Part shown: positions 44,714 through 54,072 of the stretch, piece after piece | How the letters are laid out: the number at the start of each line of letters is the position of its first letter | Position numbering within the stretch: position 1 is the first letter of the stretch | Assembly (NCBI GenBank): GCA_963816355.1 | Contig: CAWFKH010000003.1 | Location: 320,001-384,000 of the forward strand | Direction of reading: 5' to 3' | DNA length: 64,000 nucleotides | From: an uncultured Gemmatimonadales bacterium | GTDB taxonomy: Bacteria > Gemmatimonadota > Gemmatimonadetes > Longimicrobiales > RSA9 | Made by a program: the position numbers and the translations under genes | Notes under the pieces: model-generated | What the model was told of the DNA's origin: nothing | Seen by the model: only the letters and a program-made list of their open reading frames with translations | Databases searched by the model: none

Positions 44714-45835
44714 TCACTCGACCGGCTCGAGCCGCGCGTTCGGGCGGAAGCGCCGCCCCACCTTCGCGACCGGCGCACCCTCCACGCGCACCACGTCCGC
44801 GGTGAAGTCGAAGCCGCCGCGGAAGAGCGACGTGCCCACGCCGTACGAGTCGACCGGCACCTTCATCTCCTCGAAGCGCCGGATCTTCTCCGCGTCGAAG
44901 CCGCCGGAGACGGCGATCCTCACGGCGCCGAACCCGGCGGCGTCGAGCGCGTCGCGCACGTTGTGGACGAGGCGGGGATTGACGCCGCGCGGGTCGAAGT
45001 CCCCCATCTGTGGCACGATCGAGCGGTCGACGAGCGTCTCCGACGTGTCGAGGCGGACGCCGTAGAGGCGCTCTCCCAGCGCCCGCGCGACGGCGAGCGA
45101 GGTGCCGACGCAGTCGTTGTCGAAGTCGACGAGGCTGATGACGCGCACGTCGCTCGGGATCAGGGCGGCGTAGGCGCGCGTGGCGGCGACGGTGTCGCCG
45201 CGGTAGCACGCGATCAGTGAGTGCGGCACCGTGCCGATCCCCTCCGATCCCCACCAGGACGCCTGCGCGTCGGTCGAGACGCCGATCGCGCCGGCGATGT
45301 GAGCGGCGTAGCCGTCGCCGGTCTGCACGAGCCAGTGATCGTGGCGCGCGGGGAAGAACATGATCGGCTTCGGCCACGCGGCTTCGACGACGCGTCGCGT
45401 GTTCGTGGCGACCTTCGTCCGTCGCGCGAGGACGCCGAGGTAGAGCGTCTCCAGATGGGCGAAGGCGGGATACGGTCCGGTGATCGTGAGGACGGTCTCC
45501 CACGGTCGGATCGGATCGCCGTCGCGGAGCGCGTGCACCTCGAGATCCTCCCACACGTAGCCGTCCGTCAGGCACAGTTTCAGGATCGCGATCGCCTCGT
45601 CGATCCCGCCGAGCCACGCCTCGCGCTTCTGGAAGACCTGCATCGTGACCGCGGCTTCGAGCGACTCCGCGAGGAGCGCCTCCCGCGTCAGCACGAAGTA
45701 CTTGTCACTGTAGTAGCCGTCCCGCATCCGCTCTGCCGGGAGCTGGAAGATCGCAGGGTCGAGCCGGCGTTGCGGCCGCAGCGGCGGCGGCGGAGTGCCC
45801 CCGGCGGCTGCGTGGATCGGCGTCGTATCGGTCAT
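44714..45835 (-). CDS. nicotinate/quinolinate phosphoribosyltransferase-family protein
   Basis: YSDKYF, LETLYLGVLA, FFPARHDH, GTVPHSL, LVDFDND, VRLDTS, SGGF, YGVG. Confidence 0.88.
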   Translation of the reverse strand: MTDTTPIHAAAGGTPPPPLRPQRRLDPAIFQLPAERMRDGYYSDKYFVLTREALLAESLEAAVTMQVFQKREAWLGGIDEAIAILKLCLTDGYVWEDLEVHALRDGDPIRPWETVLTITGPYPAFAHLETLYLGVLARRTKVATNTRRVVEAAWPKPIMFFPARHDHWLVQTGDGYAAHIAGAIGVSTDAQASWWGSEGIGTVPHSLIACYRGDTVAATRAYAALIPSDVRVISLVDFDNDCVGTSLAVARALGERLYGVRLDTSETLVDRSIVPQMGDFDPRGVNPRLVHNVRDALDAAGFGAVRIAVSGGFDAEKIRRFEEMKVPVDSYGVGTSLFRGGFDFTADVVRVEGAPVAKVGRRFRPNARLEPVE

Positions 45836-45842
45836 GCGGCTC

Positions 45843-46805
45843 TCATTCGATGAAGGGTCCAGGATTCAGGCGCGCCCGGGGACGCTCGAAGTTGGCCAGC
45901 GTGACGCCCGCGATGATCACCACCGCTCCGGCGACCTGGCCGACGGTCGGCACCTCCCCCAGCCAGGCCCATGCGACGAGGAGCGCCGCGACGGGCACGA
46001 GGTTGGAATAGCTCGCGGTGCGCGTGTTTCCGATGCGACGCACGCCGATGTACCAGAGCATGTACGCGACGCCGATCCCCAGCGCTCCGCTGTAGACGAT
46101 GCTCGCCCAGGCGCCCGCGGGCAGCCGACTCCATGCGGTGCGCGCCACCGCGGGTGCGCCCACCAGCGCCAGCCCGACCGTGCCGATCCACATCGTCCAC
46201 GCCGTGACCGGGACCGGTCCGTAGCGGCCCACCAGCGCGCGCGCACCGACGGTGTAGATCGACCACGCCACCGACGCGAGGATCAGGAGCAGGTCGCCCG
46301 CGAGCGTCCGCTCGTCGATCTGCACCGCCGCCCCACCGGCCATCACGACCAGCGCCATTCCTGCCACCGTCAAGCCGACTCCGAGCCAGACGCGCGGTCG
46401 CACGCGCTCGTGGCCCAGCACCCCCGAAAGCAGCGCCGTGAGGATCGGCGTGCCGGCGAGCAGCAGGCTGGCGTTGCCCGCGCGCGTCCGGCTGATCCCG
46501 GTGATGAAGCAGAGTTGATAGAGGAGGTTGCCGAGCAGGCCGAGAGCGAGCACGCGCGGCACGTCCGCACGCCGCGGCAGCGGGATCGGCCCGCTCCGCC
46601 GCAGCGCCACGAAGACGACCGCGCTCGCGAGGGTGAACCGCACCGGGTTGAACGCCATCGGGGCGACGTGGCCGAGACCGACCTTGATGACCGAGAAGTT
46701 CACGGCCCAGATCGCGACCAGCGCGAGGAGCGGGAGCGATGCGGACGGCGGTGCGTCCTGCGGCGCGGCGCGCGCGGCCACTCTATCCTCTCTCGGTGCC
46801 GACAT
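45843..46805 (-). CDS. DMT/EamA-family transporter
   Basis: IWAVNFSVIK, about 10 hydrophobic segments, GDLLILAS, NLVPVAA, LGE. Confidence 0.92.
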   Translation of the reverse strand: MSAPREDRVAARAAPQDAPPSASLPLLALVAIWAVNFSVIKVGLGHVAPMAFNPVRFTLASAVVFVALRRSGPIPLPRRADVPRVLALGLLGNLLYQLCFITGISRTRAGNASLLLAGTPILTALLSGVLGHERVRPRVWLGVGLTVAGMALVVMAGGAAVQIDERTLAGDLLLILASVAWSIYTVGARALVGRYGPVPVTAWTMWIGTVGLALVGAPAVARTAWSRLPAGAWASIVYSGALGIGVAYMLWYIGVRRIGNTRTASYSNLVPVAALLVAWAWLGEVPTVGQVAGAVVIIAGVTLANFERPRARLNPGPFIE

Positions 46806-46901
46806 CCGGGAATAGTCCGGGGCGGCGGCGTTCGTGCGCAAGAGCGGCGCCCTCGCTACTTTTCTTCGCGTTCAGCGTTTTCGTCGGAGAAGGAGGGAGC
46901 G

Positions 46902-47177
46902 ATGGTCGCGGCCGTTGTGCTCATTCGTGCGGAGCGGGACCGGATCCCGGGCGTCGGGCGTGAGCTCGCGGAGCTGGACGGCGTCGCCGAGGTCTATTCG
47001 GTGTCCGGCGACTGGGACCTGGTCACGATCGTCCGCGTCCCCGCCTGGGAGGAGATCGCGAGCGTCGTCACGGAGCAGATCGCGGCCGTGCGGGGCATCG
47101 AACGCACGCACACGCTGATGGCGTTCCGGATCTACTCGAAGCAGGACGTCGAGAAGGCGTTCGACATGTTCGAATAG
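46902..47177 (+). CDS. stand-alone Lrp/AsnC ligand-binding domain protein
   Basis: AGGAGG RBS; AVVLI, GVAEVYSVSGDWDL, IAAVRGIERTHTL; no HTH. Confidence 0.88.
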   Translation: MVAAVVLIRAERDRIPGVGRELAELDGVAEVYSVSGDWDLVTIVRVPAWEEIASVVTEQIAAVRGIERTHTLMAFRIYSKQDVEKAFDMFE

Positions 47178-47184
47178 CGCCCGC

Positions 47185-48006
47185 CTACGGTGTCGTGGCG
47201 TCCTCGTCGGCGCCGCTGCCGGCACCCTCGACGTCCGCGGCGGAGGCGGGCGGTGCCGTGGGCTCGGCGTGCGCGGCGGGGCCCGGCGCGGCCGCGGGCT
47301 TCGCTTCCGCCTTCCCGGTCGGCGCCGGGTGCTGGGTCGCCGCCTCGGCCGCGAGGGTGCGGTCGTACCAGGTGCGCGCGATCTCGGCCGCGATCTCGCG
47401 TCCGCCGAGGCCGAACGCGATGCCGGCCGCGAGCGCGGCCGCACCCACGACGGCGATGAAGGCGACGAGGACGATGTCTTCGGCGATGTCGAGCTGCTCG
47501 AGCGCCATGAAGACGGCGAGGATGATCACCGTCGCCTTGGCGGCGCGCGCGACCGTCGGGATGCCCGCGACGCCGCCCGCCGACGCGAGGACGAGGTCCT
47601 TGACGAACTCGCCCAGCACGATGCCGAGGAAGAGGATGATGACCGCGACGATCACGTTCGGGATGTAGCCGAGCAGCTCCGCGAACAACGCGCTGACCAC
47701 CGTCAGACCGAGCGCATTGGCGACGAGGAGGATGACCAGCAGCATCACGGCCCAGAAGACGAGCTTCGCGATCACCGTAGAGGCGTCGAGCCCGGTGCCG
47801 GTCCGCTCGAGTGCTTCGCTCACGCCGCCGTCCCGCATCCAGCGGTCGAAGCCGATCCGGTGCAGCGCCGCGTCCGCCCCACGCTCCACTGTCTTCGCGA
47901 TCGCGTAGCCGGCCAGCAGGATGCCGAGCGCGGCCGCGAGCTGGGGCAGATAGGCGACGATCTGGGTGATCCCCTCTTCGAGGCGCGCGATGATGCTGTC
48001 GATCAT
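47185..48006 (-). CDS. MscS-associated TM-helix (CmpX-like) membrane protein
   Basis: YLPQLAAALGILLAG and YIPNVIVAVIIL repeats, ALEQLDIA, IAFGLGGRE; GGAGG RBS. Confidence 0.85.
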   Translation of the reverse strand: MIDSIIARLEEGITQIVAYLPQLAAALGILLAGYAIAKTVERGADAALHRIGFDRWMRDGGVSEALERTGTGLDASTVIAKLVFWAVMLLVILLVANALGLTVVSALFAELLGYIPNVIVAVIILFLGIVLGEFVKDLVLASAGGVAGIPTVARAAKATVIILAVFMALEQLDIAEDIVLVAFIAVVGAAALAAGIAFGLGGREIAAEIARTWYDRTLAAEAATQHPAPTGKAEAKPAAAPGPAAHAEPTAPPASAADVEGAGSGADEDATTP

Positions 48007-48102
48007 TCATTGCCTCCAGGTTAGGCTACACGCTCGCGCCGGGGATGCGGTTTTGCAAGGGAGCGGACGGACGAACGTTCACCAGGGATGCGACGACACG
48101 GA

Positions 48103-48447
48103 ATGAGGACTTTCAAGGATCTTCGAGGCCGGGAATGGGTGGCGGAAGCGCGCGAAGAGGAGACGCCGCGCCACCATGGGCGCTTCTACCTGATCATGCG
48201 GCCCGCCGACGGCGAGGGACCGCTCCTGGCGATGCCGGAGGTGCGCTGGCAGAGCCGCGTCTCCGCCGTGCGGACGCTCCGCACGATGGGACTCTGGGAG
48301 CTGCAGCGGCGGCTCCAGTGGCTCGGCGAGCGCCGGAGCGCCGCCGGGGACCTGCCGCTCGCCGCGACCGCTACGCAGCCGCTGCTGCGCGGCACCACCG
48401 GAGAGCAGCCCCGGCCGCTTCCGCACGACCCGCGCGAGGGCGTCTGA
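48103..48447 (+). CDS. hypothetical protein
   Basis: MRTFKDLRGREWVA...; plausible codon usage; stop overlaps the putative start of the next gene. Confidence 0.65.
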   Translation: MRTFKDLRGREWVAEAREEETPRHHGRFYLIMRPADGEGPLLAMPEVRWQSRVSAVRTLRTMGLWELQRRLQWLGERRSAAGDLPLAATATQPLLRGTTGEQPRPLPHDPREGV

Positions 48448-49538
48448 GCACCCGCTACGACGAGATCCTCGCCGCCGTGCGCGCGGCGCACGGCCTCGAT
48501 CCCCGCACGTCGATCTTCGACGTGCGCGTCGAGCCCGCGGTGGATGCGCTCCTCCTCCGCGGCGCCGCCACGGACGCGCAGGCGGTCACCGACCTCGCCA
48601 ACCGTCTGCGCGAGGCCGAGCCGCGGCTCACGATCCATTCGCGCGTCACCCTCCTGCCCGAAGAGGCGCCCACGTCCGGACGACACGCGCTCGTCCGCGC
48701 CGCCGTCGCGCCCGCCTACGCGGAAGCGCGCCTCGCCTCGCCGTTGGTGACGCAGTACGTCCTGGGGGCCCACCTGGAGATCCTCGCGCGCGACGGCGTC
48801 TGGCTGCGCGTCCGTGGCGACGACGGCTACATTGCGTGGCTCCACGCGGGGTACGTCGAGACCGGTACGCTCGAGTGGGCCGAGCGGTGGCGCAACGGCG
48901 ACGGCGGCGAGCCCGCCGTCTCGCTCGGCGCCCAGCTCGAGGACGACGGCGGCGGCTTCGTCTTCCCGCTCCCCTGGGGCGCGCGCGTGATCGGCGAGGC
49001 CGGTGGCCGCTTCCGCATCCCGGACGGAAGGCGCGGCCGGCGCGCGCACGGCGAGATCGTCGCGGTCGATCGCCTACCGGACTTCTTCCCGGCGCGCGGC
49101 GAGAGCGTGGCCCGCAGCGCGCAGCGGTGGATCGGAACGCCGTACCTGTGGGGCGGCGTCACGCCCGGCGGGGCCGACTGCTCCGGTTTCCTGCAGTCGG
49201 TGTTCCGGCTCCACGGCACGGCGCTGCCGCGCGACTCCGACATGCAGGCGCGCGTGGGAGAGGCTGTGGATCCAGGCGAGGCGTTCGAGCTGCTGCGCGC
49301 CGGGGACCTCCTCTTCTTCGCAGAGCGCCCGGAGCGCGTGACTCACGTGGCGCTTTCGCTGGGGGGGGCGCGGCTGATTCACTGTGCGCTCGCGAACGGC
49401 AGCGTCGCCGTGAACGACTTGACGGGAGCGCGGCCGCCCGAGCCGGACCTGCGCGGCTGGCTCTCCGCCTGTCGCCGCGTCCTGCCCGACGCGCAGGCGG
49501 AGTCGCCGCCGCGCCTCACGGACCGCCGGGAACCGTGA
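48444..49538 (+). CDS. SH3b + NlpC/P60 (C40) peptidase
   Basis: VTQYVLG, DDGYIAW, LPWGARV, GTPYLWGGVTPGGADCSG, LPRDS, GDLLFF, THVAL, IHC; start uncertain (CTG at 48444). Confidence 0.88.
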   Translation: MSTRYDEILAAVRAAHGLDPRTSIFDVRVEPAVDALLLRGAATDAQAVTDLANRLREAEPRLTIHSRVTLLPEEAPTSGRHALVRAAVAPAYAEARLASPLVTQYVLGAHLEILARDGVWLRVRGDDGYIAWLHAGYVETGTLEWAERWRNGDGGEPAVSLGAQLEDDGGGFVFPLPWGARVIGEAGGRFRIPDGRRGRRAHGEIVAVDRLPDFFPARGESVARSAQRWIGTPYLWGGVTPGGADCSGFLQSVFRLHGTALPRDSDMQARVGEAVDPGEAFELLRAGDLLFFAERPERVTHVALSLGGARLIHCALANGSVAVNDLTGARPPEPDLRGWLSACRRVLPDAQAESPPRLTDRREP

Positions 49539-51462
49539 CCTCCTGACCGATCTGGAGTCGGCGCGGATTCACGTCCGGATTCGCCTCCTTCAGCGCCGCC
49601 ACCTCCAGGCCGTAGCGGCGCGCAATGCTCTCGAAGGTGTCACCCCGCCGCACCGTATACGTGCGCGGACCGGCCGACGGCGCGGCCGCGCCGTCCGCGC
49701 CCGTGCCGGCCGCCGAAGCGCCGGCCGCACGCTGTCCTCCGGCGGGTGCGCCGGCCACCGGCGGCGAGGCCGCGGAGGGCGGACCGCCGCGTGCGGCGAG
49801 CGCGGGGGCGGGGAGCGGCCGGTCGAACCTCGCCAGACGCGACCCGATCGCGTCCTCGACGCGTTTGGCGCGCCATGTCGACGGCACGTCGTTGCTGATG
49901 ATGCTGAACGCGAGGCGCTCGCCATCCGCGGCGCGTACGTAGCCGGAGAGGGCGGAGACGCTGTCGATGGTGCCGGTCTTCGCGTGCAGGTTCCCTTCGG
50001 CCGGCGTGCGGTGCATGCGATGGAGGCCGAGGCCGCCCGCCTCCGGCAAGGTGGAGACGAAGGCGTCGAAGTACGGCGTGCCGCTCATGAACGCGAGCAG
50101 TCGCACGATCGTCGCGGCGTCCGTCCGGTCGAGGGTGGAGAGCCCGGAGCCGTCGACCATGCGGAGCGTCGGGTCGTCGACGCCGGCCTGCTCGCGCAGC
50201 AGCGACTCCACCGCGTTCCGACCCGCTTCGACGCTCCCCTCGCCGGCGGTGACGCGGCCGACGGTGCGCAGGATCTGCTCCGCGTACAGGTTGTGACTCC
50301 GCTTGTTGAGCACGGTCAGGATGTCGATCAGTGGCGGCGAGTGGTGCACGGCGAGGACCTGGAGCGGCGGCCGTCCGGTGAGGGCAGGGGCGAACACGCC
50401 GCGCCCGGTGATCGGCGACGCCTCGGGCGCGTGCACCTCGCTCGCCTCCCCGTCCACCGTGATGCCGCGGGCGCGCAGCACCTCGCCGAAGGTCAGCGCG
50501 GCGTAGCGCGCGGGGTCGGCCACGGGCACGGCCCGCCACACGGCGCTGCTCCCCTTCCGGATCTGGCCGGTCATGACGATCGGGCCGTCGTAAGCCGCGC
50601 GCGTCACCTCGACATGGGTCGCGCCGCGGGCGACGGTCGTCGCCTGGTTGACGAGGGCGATGCCGTCGCCGCCGGGCACGAGAAGGACCGCCGGGCGCCA
50701 GCCGGTCCGGGCGCCCGGCTCGATGCGCAGCGTGACCATCGCCTCGGCATAGGTGAGCGCGCTCGCCGGCGCCGCATACCATGCGTTCACGTAGTCGATC
50801 TTCCAGCCGCGGCCGAACGGCCGGCCGGAGAAGTAGGACGCGTCGCCGATCACGCGGCCGCGGATCTCCCGGATTCCTTTCGCGGCGAGCGTGTCCGCGA
50901 GCTCCTCCCACACCGCCGTCTTCGAGGGATAGAGGCGGTCGGAAATCGTGGGATCGCCGGTGCCGTAGAGGACGAGGTCGCCCTGCAGCACACCGTCGCG
51001 CACCGGTCCGGCGGCCGCCACGTACGTCTCGTAGCGGAAACCCGGACCGAGGTAGTAGAGCGCCGCCGCCGAGGTGAACAGCTTCAGGTTCGACGCCGGC
51101 GCCAGCGCCCGGCTCGACGCGTGATCGAAGAGCGTGTCGCCGCCGTCCAGCGACACCACGAGCACGCTCCAGCGGTCGCGGGGCCAGTGCGGCGATGCGA
51201 TCAGGCGCTCCAGCTCGGCGCGCAGCGCGGAAACCTCGCCGCCGGTGCGCTTCGCCGAGGCTCTGCCGGCGTGCGTCGTCGAGACGCTGCCGGCGTGCGT
51301 CGCCGCGGCCCCGCCGGCGTGCGTCGCCGCGGCCTCGCCGGGGCGTGTCGCCGTGGCCGGCGCGACCGTCGGCGCGGAGGGCGGTGCGTGCGCGTGCTCA
51401 CCGCTGGGCGCGGGGCCGAGGAGGGCCGCCAGCGCCAGCGCCGTGAAGGAGATTGATCGCAT
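49516..51462 (-). CDS. dacB: D-Ala-D-Ala carboxypeptidase/endopeptidase (PBP4) with C-terminal LysM
   Basis: PASNLKLFT (SxxK), GTGDP, KRSHN (SxN), DGSGLS, AKTGTI; YTVRRGDTFESIARRYG LysM. Confidence 0.93.
   Translation of the reverse strand: MRSISFTALALAALLGPAPSGEHAHAPPSAPTVAPATATRPGEAAATHAGGAAATHAGSVSTTHAGRASAKRTGGEVSALRAELERLIASPHWPRDRWSVLVVSLDGGDTLFDHASSRALAPASNLKLFTSAAALYYLGPGFRYETYVAAAGPVRDGVLQGDLVLYGTGDPTISDRLYPSKTAVWEELADTLAAKGIREIRGRVIGDASYFSGRPFGRGWKIDYVNAWYAAPASALTYAEAMVTLRIEPGARTGWRPAVLLVPGGDGIALVNQATTVARGATHVEVTRAAYDGPIVMTGQIRKGSSAVWRAVPVADPARYAALTFGEVLRARGITVDGEASEVHAPEASPITGRGVFAPALTGRPPLQVLAVHHSPPLIDILTVLNKRSHNLYAEQILRTVGRVTAGEGSVEAGRNAVESLLREQAGVDDPTLRMVDGSGLSTLDRTDAATIVRLLAFMSGTPYFDAFVSTLPEAGGLGLHRMHRTPAEGNLHAKTGTIDSVSALSGYVRAADGERLAFSIISNDVPSTWRAKRVEDAIGSRLARFDRPLPAPALAARGGPPSAASPPVAGAPAGGQRAAGASAAGTGADGAAAPSAGPRTYTVRRGDTFESIARRYGLEVAALKEANPDVNPRRLQIGQEVTVPGGP
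51265..51335 (-). repeat. 24-bp tandem repeat x3 (xxxTHAG) in the dacB N-terminal linker
   Basis: GCCGGCGTGCGTCG at 51265, 51289 and 51313. Confidence 0.8.
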
Positions 51463-51601
51463 GCCGTGCCGCACTCCGCTCCTGGGATCGTCGGTTCGGG
51501 GACGGGTCGGGGGCGGCACGCCCACCGACGCCGGGCAAAACCGTGCAAGAGGAGGACCGGTCCGCTCGCCGCGGCGGCGACGTCACGCCTATATTGCCGA
51601 G

Positions 51602-51979
51602 ATGATCGTTGGTACCGGAATCGACGCCGTTTCGATCCCCCGCTTCCGCGCGTTCCTGGACCGCCGCGGGGAGCGTGCTCTGCGCAGGCTCTTCACGGCG
51701 CAGGAGGTTCGCTACTGCCTCGACCGCGGCGATCGCATCGCCTCGCTCGCGGCGCGCTTCGCCGCCAAGGAGGCGTTCTTCAAGGCGGTGGGCACCGGCT
51801 GGAGCCGCGGCGGCGCGTGGAGCGAGGTCGAGGTGATTCGCGACGCCGCCGGCCGCCCCGCTCTCCGCCTGCACGGCCGCGCCGACCGCGTCGCGGGCGG
51901 CCTCGGCGTCACGAACGCCCACGTCTCGCTCAGCCACACGGCCGACCTCGCGCTCGCGCACGTCCTTCTGGAGCGGTGA
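51602..51979 (+). CDS. acpS: holo-[acyl-carrier-protein] synthase
   Basis: MIVGTGIDAV, LFT..E, LAARFAAKEAFFKAVGTG, HVSLSH; TATATT-N6-ATG leaderless arrangement. Confidence 0.95.
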   Translation: MIVGTGIDAVSIPRFRAFLDRRGERALRRLFTAQEVRYCLDRGDRIASLAARFAAKEAFFKAVGTGWSRGGAWSEVEVIRDAAGRPALRLHGRADRVAGGLGVTNAHVSLSHTADLALAHVLLER

Positions 51980-52086
51980 TGCGGCGGCGACGCGGCCACG
52001 GGCGCCCGGATCGCGGCCCGGTCCGTGCCGTCGGGTCGTCACTCTTGCGGCGCGGTGCGCGACCGGCCAGTATTCGGCAGCGAGCA

Positions 52087-52163
52087 GCCGGGGGGATCTC
52101 CGGCCCTCGCCCAGATACCGGGACCGAGCGAGGGCGCGCCGAGTGGGTGCGCCCTCTTGCGTT
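52087..52163 (+). promoter_or_regulatory. mutually exclusive hairpins (switch-like leader) upstream of the ANTAR operon
   Basis: Stems 52087-93/52098-104, 52103-110/52128-135 and 52130-140/52146-156, followed by TTGCGTT. Confidence 0.4.
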
Positions 52164-52212
52164 CGCGCCACGCCGGGAGAGGCGGGCCCATTTCAGATCC
52201 CAGGAGCCGAAG

Positions 52213-52803
52213 ATGTCCAAGTCCCTCCGCGTCCTCATCGCCGACGACGAGGCGCTCCACAACCTCGCCCTCACGAGCCACCTCGAGTCTCTCGGGCATC
52301 GCGTCGTCGCGACCGCCAAGAACGGCAGGGAAGCGGTCGTGATGGCGCGGGAGAACGACGTCGACCTCGCGATCCTCGACATCCGCATGCCCGTGCTCAC
52401 CGGGACCGAGGCGGCGCACCAGATCGCGGCCGAGCGCGCGATCCCGATCATCATCCTCTCCGCCTACAGCGATCAGCGCACCGTGGATCAGGCGAGCCGC
52501 TCGCCCATCTTCCACTACCTCGTCAAGCCGGTTGACGCCGACGACCTGGGTCCCGCCATCGCCGTCGCCCGCGCCCGCTTCGTCGAGTGGAACAGCGCTC
52601 GCGAGGAGCGCGATTCCTTGCAGCAGAAGCTCGAGGAGCGCAAGCTGGTCGAGCGCGCCAAGGGCCTGCTCATGGAGAATCGCGGCTTTTCCGAGAACGA
52701 GGCGTATCGATTCCTGCAGAAATCGAGTCAGGAGCGCAACACCCCGATGGTCGACCTCGCCCGCAAGATCGTGCTCGCCGCCTCCCTCATGCAGAATCAG
52801 TAG
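52213..52803 (+). CDS. REC-ANTAR response regulator (PdtaR/EutV-like)
   Basis: AGGAG RBS; LIADDE, ILDIRMP, LVKP; ANTAR LEERKLVERAKGLLM...SENEAYRFLQKSS. Confidence 0.93.
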   Translation: MSKSLRVLIADDEALHNLALTSHLESLGHRVVATAKNGREAVVMARENDVDLAILDIRMPVLTGTEAAHQIAAERAIPIIILSAYSDQRTVDQASRSPIFHYLVKPVDADDLGPAIAVARARFVEWNSAREERDSLQQKLEERKLVERAKGLLMENRGFSENEAYRFLQKSSQERNTPMVDLARKIVLAASLMQNQ

Positions 52804-52816
52804 GACCCGCTCGGAC

Positions 52817-54040
52817 ATGGCTGGAAACGGAAAGCGCTCCGGGCCGCTCGACGGGGCGGCGCCGGCGGATGCCGCGGCCGGCGGCGAGGCCGCTGCCGCC
52901 GGAGCGGCGACGATCCTCGTCGTCGACGACGAGGTGCTGGTGCGCGAGACGCTCGCAGACCTGCTCGAAGCGGAAGGATACACCGTCATCGCGACGGCGA
53001 CGGGGGATCGCATCGAGGAGGTCCTCGCCCCCGTCGACCTCGTCCTCCTCGACGCGATGCTCCCCGGCCAGGACGGCTGGGATGTCTGCAGGGCGATCAA
53101 GGCCGCCGACCCGATGCTTCCCGTTCTGATGGTGACCGCCCGGACCTCGCCGCGCGACGTGATCCGGACCTTCGCCGCCGGCGCCGACGACTACATCGCG
53201 AAGCCGTTCAACGCGGCCGAGCTGTCGGCGCGCATCAGCACCCGGCTGCGCGTGCACCGGGCGGAGAAGGAGCTGCAGGCGGCGAACGCGCGCCTGCGCC
53301 AGCTCGCCGACCAGAACTATTCGCTCTACCAGAGGGCCCGTGCCGACGCGGAAGAGCGCGACGACCTGCTCCGAGAGCTCGATCACCGCGTGCGCAACAA
53401 CCTCTCCGTCATCCTCGGCCTCGTGACGATGGAGCGGAACCGGCGACCGGTGCGTGCCGCCGCCGGGACGCTGCTCAGCCTGGAGAACCGGCTACGCGCC
53501 TTCGTCGCCGTACACGAGAGCTTCCGGCGCAGAGGCTACGCCGGGGTGCTGGCGAGCGAGATCGTCGATGGCGTCGCGGAGCGGCTCAAGGCCGTGTTCG
53601 ATCCGGCCGACTGTGTCCACCTGGAGGTGCATTGCGCGGAGCTCGCCCTCAACGAGCGCCAGGCGTTCGCGCTCGCGCTCATCCTCAACGAGCTCGTCAC
53701 GAACGGCCTCCAGCACGCGTTTCCCGGGGGCCGTGGGGGCACCATCAGGATCGGGCTGCGGAGCTCGACGGACCGGGAGGCGGCGCGTCTGGAGGTGTGC
53801 GACGACGGCGTCGGCATTCAGGCCGGGATCGCGAGCCACGCCCTCGGCAGCGGGCGCTCGATCATCGAGGCGCTCGCGACCGCCGAGCTGGGCGGCGGCG
53901 TCACGTTCGATGCGCTCGAGTGCGGCACGCGCGCCATCGTCACCTTCGCCCCGGAGCCGATCGACGAGCGCGCCGAGGCGACGGCTCGCGGCCGCCGTCA
54001 AGAGGCGGCTCGTACCGCACCTCGGACCGCTTCCAAGTAG
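52817..54040 (+). CDS. cytoplasmic REC + HisKA_2 + HATPase histidine kinase
   Basis: VVDDE, LLDAMLP, GADDYIAKPF; LRELDHRVRNNL; NELVTNGLQHAF; DDGVG. Confidence 0.9.
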   Translation: MAGNGKRSGPLDGAAPADAAAGGEAAAAGAATILVVDDEVLVRETLADLLEAEGYTVIATATGDRIEEVLAPVDLVLLDAMLPGQDGWDVCRAIKAADPMLPVLMVTARTSPRDVIRTFAAGADDYIAKPFNAAELSARISTRLRVHRAEKELQAANARLRQLADQNYSLYQRARADAEERDDLLRELDHRVRNNLSVILGLVTMERNRRPVRAAAGTLLSLENRLRAFVAVHESFRRRGYAGVLASEIVDGVAERLKAVFDPADCVHLEVHCAELALNERQAFALALILNELVTNGLQHAFPGGRGGTIRIGLRSSTDREAARLEVCDDGVGIQAGIASHALGSGRSIIEALATAELGGGVTFDALECGTRAIVTFAPEPIDERAEATARGRRQEAARTAPRTASK

Positions 54041-54072
54041 CGCTCCCCGGCAGTGCTTCCAGGTTGCGCTCC

